DNA of 63,061 bases, filler included, from Platydemus manokwari (taxonomy: Eukaryota), in assembly GCA_037951405.1 (NCBI GenBank). It is 5 parts of 5 records of this genome, joined end to end, with 100 filler letters (N's around TTAATTAATTAA, not from the genome) between each part and the next. Parts side by side here need not be neighbours in the genome. Positions count along the whole stretch, not along the records: positions 38,207 to 53,886 come from JBBMOY011255874.1; positions 53,987 to 63,061 come from JBBMOY011303428.1; 3 more parts are not named here. One strand, 5' to 3'. Positions 53,401 to 63,061 of this stretch are shown here, piece by piece. The notes under the pieces were generated by a model, which saw only the letters and a list, made by a program, of their open reading frames with translations, ran no database searches and was not told the origin of the DNA. The position numbers and the translations under genes were made by a program. Positions within the stretch are counted from its first letter, which is position 1. Every line of letters begins with the position of its first letter.

Positions 53401-53886
53401 CAAACTTTTTAAATTGCGCCCCCACTTTTATTATATTAACTACTGACGCTCTTAAAACAGGCCCATAATAAATCATAACTCCCATATGAAATACTATTTA
53501 CATGAAATAAATATCTTCACAACAAGATATAATTCAAATTATGCTTTTTTATTAATTAATAATTTTATCACAAAATAAAAATTGTAGTTATTTGAAAAAA
53601 TTAAAGCCACAATAAAATTAAATTTTATTAAATAGACAAATATCATTTATTAATATAATAAATAATGTAAAATAATCACTCATGATCTCCATAATAATCA
53701 TAATATTAATAATAATAATAATAATAATATAACAATCTTAATGATAAAGACATTATATTTACAATAATTTTGTTACAATAATTATAAAAAATAAAATAAT
53801 AAATAATTAAATTTCAGTGGTAGACAATGTTATGGTATTATATAATTATTTTATTAATATCAGAAATACATTAGTAAAAATAATAA

Positions 53887-53986
53887 NNNNNNNNNNNNNN
53901 NNNNNNNNNNNNNNNNNNNNNNNNNNNNNNTTAATTAATTAANNNNNNNNNNNNNNNNNNNNNNNNNNNNNNNNNNNNNNNNNNNN
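53887..53986. other. Assembly spacer
   Basis: 44N-TTAATTAATTAA-44N. Confidence 0.97.
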
Positions 53987-55350
53987 ATGCTCGTTATAAA
54001 TAATTTTCGGTTTAAATGCTCAAAAGAAATTTCCTTTACAGAGGTCATGTTTTGTAATAGAAAAGCCTTGCTTAAATTTTTTTTAAAATAAATAATTAAA
54101 TAAATGAAAAATTACAGTTTATTTTTATTAATTTTTCATGACAAATTTCTCATTTAAACAATACAAATTTAGATTTTACGAAATGATTCGCCAGCCTTTA
54201 TAACTTACATAGTGACATCGTGGCTCGCCATTTTTGTAATAGTTCATTGTGTTTTGTCAATTATAAAGAAAGACAGCAAAATTAAGTTGTGGGAAACAAT
54301 GAAGTTAGTTTTCAATTAAAAATATTTGAGTGTTAACATCAACGAATAATATTTAAAAATCGGTATTTTATTCTTCATAATATTCTAGCCGAATGCATAT
54401 CAGAATGCCAAACAGGTTTTAATATTTTCATAAGTATACATTTGGTATGTAATAAAAGGTAATAAATGTTTAATTTATAATTAATTGAAATAATTGTTCA
54501 CTTACCATCTTAAAGACAATCATAAGAATAAATTTATTTAAACATTTATTGATAAATTATCATTATTGATTTAATATTTGAAATTCAATTTAAGCAATTA
54601 AAGGAAATTATTGGAAAGTAAAAAAAAAGTACACTGTGAACATATTCATGTCTGTGAAAATCGACTACGATTTTGAAAATTTTAACCTTAAAAACCAGAA
54701 TTTCTGACTTGAGTATCAAACAAGAAATTTTTATGTTTTGAAATAAATCAGCACCTTTATGATAAACGAAAATTATTTTAAGACAATTTTCAACTCTCAT
54801 AGTTCATGTTAAATTATCGAATTTACTTGTTCCGTTTTATTATGCTTAGAACGAGTATTAATATTTATTATGTAATTTAGAGATTTCCCCTAACATTTAT
54901 TCTCATCACGAGATCATTCAATAACAACAAGAATATCCAAATTGTGTTTTAATATTTTCCGGAAAGATCTGCTATGTTCTATTCTCCCATTTGAGAAATT
55001 TCCTCAATTTTGGAGTATTATAATAATGCAGCTACAAAATATAGTTAAAATAAAGATCAAATATTTAAGTTCAACGTACTTTATAAAATAATTTTCTCAC
55101 ATGATCATATAGTATACCAGTAATCATTAATTCATAGGTGTCACTTATTGTTTGTTAATCGACATTTAATTATTGTATTTCACAAGCATTTTAAGCATGT
55201 AATTCAAGTTTAAAAGTTTCATGTTGTTTTTGAACTGTTTTAGTCTCAGCACCCTCTGAGGTAGATATTTGAAATGCTTAGAATATTCTAAACTGAGTCT
55301 TCTTTGATACTTTAAGATATTTTCAACTGATAAAACAAATAAATGCTTTC

Positions 55351-55385
55351 CTCTCTCTCTCTCTCTCACACACACACAGACACAT
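55351..55385. repeat. Compound (CT)n(CA)n microsatellite
   Basis: Directly visible. Confidence 0.85.
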
Positions 55386-56060
55386 TTATATATATGGGCC
55401 GGCAACAAATTTCGTCTGTGAAATCTTTTCAAAATCTAAAAAAATACAATTTAAAGCATTCATTTGTGAAAATCACATGTGCAATTATACTAAAAGTGTT
55501 AGCAAACCATAACTGAGCCTAAACATAGTCTCCATCAATTTCAATGACACTCTGAAGGTGACGTGTAAAATTTTGAAACTCGCTTGTGAGCTTGACCTCT
55601 GATGTTGACTCTACCTCTCCTGAATTACTGAAGTTTTTTCTACCTTAGAAAATTTTTAACTTTGATCTTCAGATATTTTCTTACTAATAGAACGAATTTT
55701 TTACTGGCTCCTATTTATATCATTTTTTTTAGTTAAGTACTTGAACTAGAGTCAAAACAGTGAATGAAGAAATACATACGTCTTATTAAATAAATCGAAT
55801 TATACAATACAATAATAAGAGTAGAATGTCGAGATACAAAGATAAAATTTGATAAAATTTTAATAATGGACTCGTTATCATAAATTTCAAAACTGTGTGA
55901 ACATTGCTAGACAGTTGAATATTAAATACAAACTTGCTAGCTTATATTTATGTAATATGATTTTCATAATTTTCTTGTCATTTGAATGGAATACATAATG
56001 TTATTATTAAAATCATTTCGAACATTTAATTTTAAAATTAGAATATTCTATTCTATTCAG

Positions 56061-59000
56061 AAATGTCTTTTGTATTTTTATTAATCTTCGCAGATTCAAT
56101 TTTTGGATTCTTCCTAGAGAATATTTTCATTGGAGCCGTAATGTCCTACTGATATTTCTTCTTGATATTTTGTGGAATATTATGATTTATTGTTTGATAA
56201 GGTCAGCTAAACACTTGTGCGGTGTTGATATAGCTACTGTGTTTTCCATTAATTCATGCATATCATACTTGTTGTTTTGGGTGATATTACATAAGAAATT
56301 TATCGCCATACGGGTAAAATTTTGTATAATGTATGAATATAGTCGAATAATTTCATTTTTAATTAGATAATAGCATTTATAATTGGGAGTAGTGGTGTCA
56401 TAATCAATATATATGTTAATATCAATTTAATGTGGAGTAAAGTTCTTGTTGCCACAAGTGCCACAGCATTTTCATTGATTATTGTTAGTTTTTATTTATT
56501 TATTTAATTTATGATTTTTAAATATTTTTGTTTGCGAAAATATTCAAATTTGCTATCACCTTTTCCTTAGTCAATTTTAGTTTCTCATAAACAACAATGT
56601 TGATCAGTCTTGTACAAAATTTGAATTAAAATGTGTTTTATTAAAAAAATATGTTGTTATTAATGTTTTATTAAAAATAATCCAGATACACACAAGCTAA
56701 TAGGCTAGAACAATGAAATTTTTATCGGTGGAAGTTTTAATATTATAAAGAGGTAACGTGTATAAAGCATCAAATAGTGGCAATAGGTGGATCAAGAAAA
56801 TAAGATCAAAGCCAGAAATCGTTGAAAGAATGAGATAATTAGAAAATATTCTTTTCCTTGGAGTAAGAATGGTTATTTTCCTGAAGATGACCAAAATAAC
56901 CAAATAATCAGCATTTCTTTTGTCTTATGTTGAAGCATTTCTCGATAAATTATATCGATCAAAGTTTTTTTAGTTTTTAGACTTAGACAACTAAGGCAAT
57001 GTTACCAAATCTAATTAGATGCGGAATCTTAAGAAAAACAGCAATTTTGACTACATCGTGTCAATTTTGATACGTAGGAGTTCTGTTCGGAACTAGAGTC
57101 ACTCCAGGAAATTTACAAGAATTGATGAATGCAGTATTAGGTAAATAAATTAAAGATTAGCAGTTACATAGTTATTTGATATTTTCCAAAACAACAGATA
57201 GGTATTTAGGGTTATTGTGTCTACAGTACAGAGGTTTAAGGTTAAAGAATCGATCCAAAAATGCTTATTCCGAAAGGATGGAGTCAGATATTTGAGTAAT
57301 TAATGCCGAATGGATAAGTACAGATAAGAGTAAAATTGAGGTCATTAAATATTCTGATAGGTCTAAATGCTTGAACAAGATAAAAAGTTTGGAAATATGT
57401 CATCATTATCAGATTTATCAAAAATTATGAGAACACAGCCAAACTATTGGAGGGTCTGTATGATAGGAATAATGAAACTTTTATGTGTTTCGATGAATTA
57501 ATTGAACTAATCTATATAATTTCAAATTTCACGAATGACTTTATTCTGGGTACCCATCAAAGTTTCTACCTTTAATATCAACATGGCAACAATTGAAAGA
57601 GAAAAGTTGTAATTGTTTCCAAAGCAATCAGGCAAATTAAAGACTTTACTGGATTACGAGTAAAGGATTGATGGCCGTTTACTACATCTATCTTCATTTC
57701 ATCAGAACAGAATAAGAGAAAACAGAAATTGAAAAGAGAAATTGACAAAATAAAATAAAGCAGTAAAATAAATCAAAATATCAGAAACTTTCCAGTTTTA
57801 GACATGGATTAATGATCTCAGTTGTTTAGAGAATTAACAAAAAATTACAAAAAATTATCGTATAGGAGATATAAAAGTAGATAAAATGGAGATGTAAAAG
57901 AAGATTTTAAAATATAGAAGAATTAGATTTTTCGTGAAATAAAATAAAATGAGTTGTCGATACAGAGACAGTTAACAAAATCAAAGATTTTAAAGAAAGG
58001 GGAATGTGAGATATTTCAAATGAATTGAATTTTATATGAATTAACATTTTTATTTTAAAACCTTTTCATGATTTGTCATGGATTGATGTATTTATTAAAT
58101 ACCTGATTATCAAAAATTGTCGCTCTATAAAATCTTTGAATTTGGTAGCAAACCGGCTTGCGAAACATAATGTTAATGTCATCTGTCATAATTATGTGAT
58201 TCTATTGTAGCGAAAAAGATATTATCCAATGACAATGGTACAAAACCATTGGTACACGCACATTATAAACTCAAAAAATATTTAAAAATAGCTACACACC
58301 TGTTCAGCCTTTACAAACAAATCACACAGGAGTAAATTACATGATCCAGAATTATTACACTGTAGCTAACATTGATGATAGACTCCGAAAGAAGCACTGA
58401 ATCACTGATATGCAATAAATCATGAAGTATCATTGTTGTCATGCTAAAGCTCATCAATAAGACAAAGGCGCTACAAAAGCAATACAAAGAGGATTGAAAA
58501 TTGAGCTATCATTTTCATTGATGATTGCAGCACAATGAGTTAATATCTCTAATAATAATAATAATTTTAGAACTTTCAATATTTGGTAATAGAGAAATGA
58601 TTCTGTTATTATCTGATCATGATCGCTACCAAAATGTGAACTTAATTATTGATTATTTTTTACATTATTATACTGTCACTTGACCATGACCAAATGATAT
58701 AATTGTTTACAAAATATTATTTGTGAAAACCCAAAAGTATTGATTTTCTTGTCACCAAAATATATAAATATCTTCCATGTAATATAATTTTAAAATGTGA
58801 TGTGATAACTTTGAATCTCTGTGTGTAGTCGCTACTACACTTTTAAACACTGAACTTAATCATTAGAATAGAATAATTGTTAAAATTAATTAAAGAATCA
58901 CTTATTGATTAAATTTTAATATATTTTTTAGTTTTATACATTTTAATATTAATTTTTTTTAAAACTCAATTATTGACGAATCAGTTGCTGTTTTTAAAAT

Positions 59001-62000
59001 AAATCCATACCACATATGTGAGTATGATATTGCTTTAGGCAATTCTCAAGAATCTTCAATGCGTCAATAACCGGAAAGAAAGCTCTACCATTTTTATAAT
59101 AATAGGTAATTACAATTTAAAGCATTTATTTTTCAATAATTATTTAGGAATAACGAATACGTTGTTTTTCTGGCCTCTTTTTATAATATTATCCGTTTTA
59201 ACTAAAGCCGAACAATTAGAATGGAATGGAATTTCATGGGTTTACATTTTAGTTTGTGGTTTTGGAATTTTTGGTAATTATTTCAAACAAATTTGTGGTC
59301 ATATTTTAATTCCAGGTACATTTCTCGGCATAGAAATAGCTGGGATGTATACAACAAGATTTACGACAACTTTACATTTTGTATTGTCGATTCCATTTAC
59401 TTATGGTAAAGCTAATTATAAATATTTATCAATATCCATTTTAGTAAACATTATTTTCTATATAATTTTTGTTTTAATAGTCCAAAGGATAGATTAGAGT
59501 GAATATGATTGGATAATTTGCTTTGTTAAAACACATTTTCGGAAAAATAGATTAAATTAAATTTAACAATGATATTGTTTTTCATGTAAATTTTGTTCAA
59601 TTATTTCAATCAACCATGAGATCACATCGAACATTTGTAATTTAGATTCACTCATGTTCAAAACAAAACAAAGAATAAAGTATAAAAATAATAGTTTATT
59701 GTTTAAAATGATTATATTTATTCTCGAATATTATGAAATTTTATAAATATTAATTTTAAATCTAAGACAATCACAATTTTAAATAATTTTTATTTAATAT
59801 CCTTTATTCCAATAGAATCCATTCAAAATATAGTTATTTAATTGTTTTTAATAAACAGTAACTATAATGTTCACGAACAATGTAAAATAACTGTAAGAAA
59901 CGCTTGAAAAATGAAAAAATATGGCTAATGGTTTTTTAAATGAAGTCGACATTATGAATTATGTGTAATTAAAGACAAAATTATGATTTATATTTATATG
60001 GGAAATCTGTGTCGATGTATATATTCGATATTAAACATTTGTAAGTAAAACAATATGAATGAATAATTTTATAAGTTAAAAATAATTGACGAAAAAATTA
60101 AAACAAAAATATCTTAATTCGAAATTTTTTTTAAAATACATTTAATTAAGGTGATTTACAATCTGAAATAATAAAACAAAGAATATCTGATGAGAATTCA
60201 ATTGTGATAGAGATTCTGTTTAAATGAAAGTTTTTTTTACGGTTTGTTAAAATATAATTTTCAATAATGTTGATAAACAAGTCAAAAATAAAGATATTAA
60301 TTAAATATAGGACATAAAATGAGAATGTGTCTTGATAGAATTGAGTCAAATATTTCTAATTCCTTAGTAAAATCTTTTGTATTATTTTTATACTATTTAC
60401 AATTATAGGATTACATTGTTATTTTAATATTGTTAAATAAATTATCAATTTTCTCTTCTTCTCACGGTTTATACGAAGAGTTGTATTGCTTAAAAACCAT
60501 CATCCATGGGAATGAGAAATTTTTTTCTCTTTTAATGGTGAGATAGTTGCTTACGATCTATACATTTCTTTAAATTTAATCTCATATGTTCGATACGCTT
60601 CGGTGCTGTGGTTTGATTATTTCTATTATATTTATTATCTTTAAGCAGTTATTGATAGTTTGAACACTATTGCGTCTTACATCATTGTGAGAGTCCTGAA
60701 TAGTGCTTATTATACTTTTCCCTATAAAAAAACAATAATTCCACTGGTAAAAAGGTGATAAGATGGCATTGATGTCAGTGGCACTATATATTAGCAGAAC
60801 TAATTTTTATGTTTTATAAAATTGTATTTTGTACAGCAATACAATTTGAATAAATAAAGATCTACCAAGCACAAATTTACCTGGGTAGTGGCGATATAAA
60901 TTTACGACCGAAAGTAAATTATCGATGATTTTGTATGTGTTATTCTAAAATAAAATTTAAGATTGATTAAGAAAAATAATTATTTCGATTATAAACGTGT
61001 ATATTGAGATTTGGAAGCCTAAAATATAAAATATTTAATTGGTTCAATTTAAAATTTAATTTCTGAATTGCTTTATTGGCTAGGAATTTCAGCATGTTAC
61101 CAAATTATGATGAAGCATTATTTATTATAATATTTTACTAATGCAATAATTATGAAGGTTAACTAAACAAATCATTGACAATTCCAACAGTTGGTTTTCT
61201 GATAAACTTTGTTTATACTAATTTCCAATCATTAGTATCATAAAGGAATTCGAATTTGATAATTGATTTATTCAAATCAACGCCAATTTCATTGAAATTC
61301 CTTATAACTGACTGTTGGGGATGCGAGAACAAATTTCTCAATTATTTTTCATAATTATTTTTCATAAAAATACGAAACATAATTCCATGGTGATTGGATT
61401 CATTTTTATTTATTTCAAAGCCACATAAGCAAATAGCAAAGTTAAAATGATGAGTGATATCATATCATAATTTACCAGAATCTATGACAATATTACATAT
61501 GTAGTTATTTTTCCTAGGAATTTTTTCAATTAATCATAGAACTGTTTAAAATGCTATGCTAAAATTAAGATTATTATGAAAAACAAAATTTGGAAATGAA
61601 TAAGAAGCATATTTTGATTAACAATAACATATTTTCAGAAATATTTTTCAATACAAATTTTCAATTTAATAGGAACAGCAAAACATTTAGTTAACTTCCA
61701 TTTTAACTAATTTATTTGATATAAAATTTGAAGAGTTATCTTACATAAACTTTGGATTGCTTTAAATAAATATTAAAAATTCACTTCTCAACGAATTCTC
61801 TTCAGTTCCAATAAGTTAGCTGGATAGCACACTGAACATTTAAATAAATTTTCATTAATATATGGTGTCAGATATTTTAAATAGATTTTCGGAATATTAT
61901 CTCATAAATCATCAAAAATGAATGTTAATTTATATTTTTTGGATTTAATTTGGACTATAAACAGACCATTTCTTAGAATAAAAGATCGAAATATTTTAAA

Positions 62001-62785
62001 ATTAATTGGTTTAAGTTGAATTTCAATGGAAAACTGCTTTGTTTAAAATTGAACTATCTTGACAAAATATAATAGTTGATGTATTTTCGAGCAAATATAT
62101 GAAATTTCGGCTTAAGTAAAGAAAAAGAGTTCTTTGAATAACTTTCTTTACAATGAATTTTTACGCATGAGATAATTTTATAACTTTATTTTATATATAA
62201 CTGCTATGTTTGACTTATTCGTGTAATTCAGTTAATATCTCATTTTTAAACATGTCTAATAATGACAAAACATAGTTTTTAAAGCAAATTCCCATTCTAA
62301 TCACAACACTTCTAAATGATTGTTTGAGTTTTTAAATACACTCAAAAAATTTCATTTTAGGACCTTTTTTATAACTTTAGCCGAAATTTCATCTATAAAA
62401 AATTGTGAAATATTAATTAACAGTAAAGAATGGTGAATTTAATACTTTTCATTTTAATAATACTAAAATATATTAATTATTTCTAGTTATAGACGATTTA
62501 TGGTTGAAAAACCCATATCATAAGAAGGACATGGAAATTCTCAGTATTGTTTTTGTTGCAGTGTCAATTATTTTGAATTCTATTCCATATCAATTAATCA
62601 GAATAATTCGGAATCGATTTTTTCCAAAAAAAATTCGCCAAACATCAAATAGAAGAGTTTCACTTTCTGCAAGAAATCATTTATTAGGAAACGGTAACTC
62701 TATTATCAATCTTCCCAACTCTCAATTGCGAACAAAAGAACAATCGATATCTGATGTGAAGGTAAACAATAAACACAATGCTTGA
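56061..62785 (+). CDS. SLC35F3/SLC35F4-like DMT-superfamily transporter; 5' end unresolved
   Basis: Phase-compatible exons 56061-56313, 56367-56483, 59039-59105, 59148-59273, 59316-59405, 62487-62785. Motifs LWNIMIYCLIRSAKHL..VDIATVFSIN..SYLLFWVILHKKFIAIRIIAFII, LTKAEQLEW..ISW, VLSIPFTYVID parallel SLC35F3 LWTLTNYLY...FLLSWIVLRDRFMGVRIVAAIL, FTKVEYW, VLSIPVNAVID. Confidence 0.75.
56750..58010 (+). mobile_element. Decayed Gypsy LTR retrotransposon inside a transporter intron
   Basis: RT remnants (CYQI*LDAES, KTAILTTSCQF*YVGVLFGTRVTPGNLQELMNAVLG, KCLFRKDGVRYL); polypurine tract AAAGAAAGGGGAA at 57992-58004 followed by TG. Confidence 0.7.
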
Positions 62786-63061
62786 CAAGTCTTATTATAT
62801 TAATGGAGTTCTATTTGTTTCTAAATTATGATGAATGCGCTTTATCATCATTTGTCATCTAAAATGGGACCAAATTAGAACTATTTGTTTTAATTTTCAT
62901 GTCTGTTGCTGAATTTGGTTTGGTTTTATTTATTATTTACGTTTAATTAACGAAATGACTTTATTTGAAATTTTATATTTTTTTTTAATATTATTAACGA
63001 AATAAATAATAATATGTGTGAGAAGTTTTATACGATTTAAATTTTTAAAGATTTAATTTAT

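Overview
AT-rich eukaryotic (animal) genomic DNA with short GT-AG introns of about 40-60 nt. A planarian-type flatworm fits best, but that is an inference. The window is five contigs joined by artificial 100-bp spacers (44 N + TTAATTAATTAA + 44 N), so neighbourhoods across the gaps are unverified. Host genes: the 3' part of a DOCK-D/zizimin-type GEF (minus strand), the 3' end of an unknown coiled-coil gene, a complete 3-exon orphan coiled-coil gene, the 3' end of a Ser/Thr-rich gene, an ATF4/ATF5-like bZIP with a two-uORF leader, an Ebony-like stand-alone NRPS (A-T-AANAT-like domain), and an SLC35F3/F4-like transporter. The rest is mostly decayed mobile DNA (Tc1/IS630, mariner, hAT, Gypsy, a non-LTR fragment, two MITE families), an HSP70 pseudogene, a long hairpin and minisatellites. 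The most interesting items are the animal NRPS with an altered amine pocket, the ATF4-type uORF switch, and a minisatellite grown out of a transposon terminal repeat. All family calls rest on motif recognition by eye; no searches were run.
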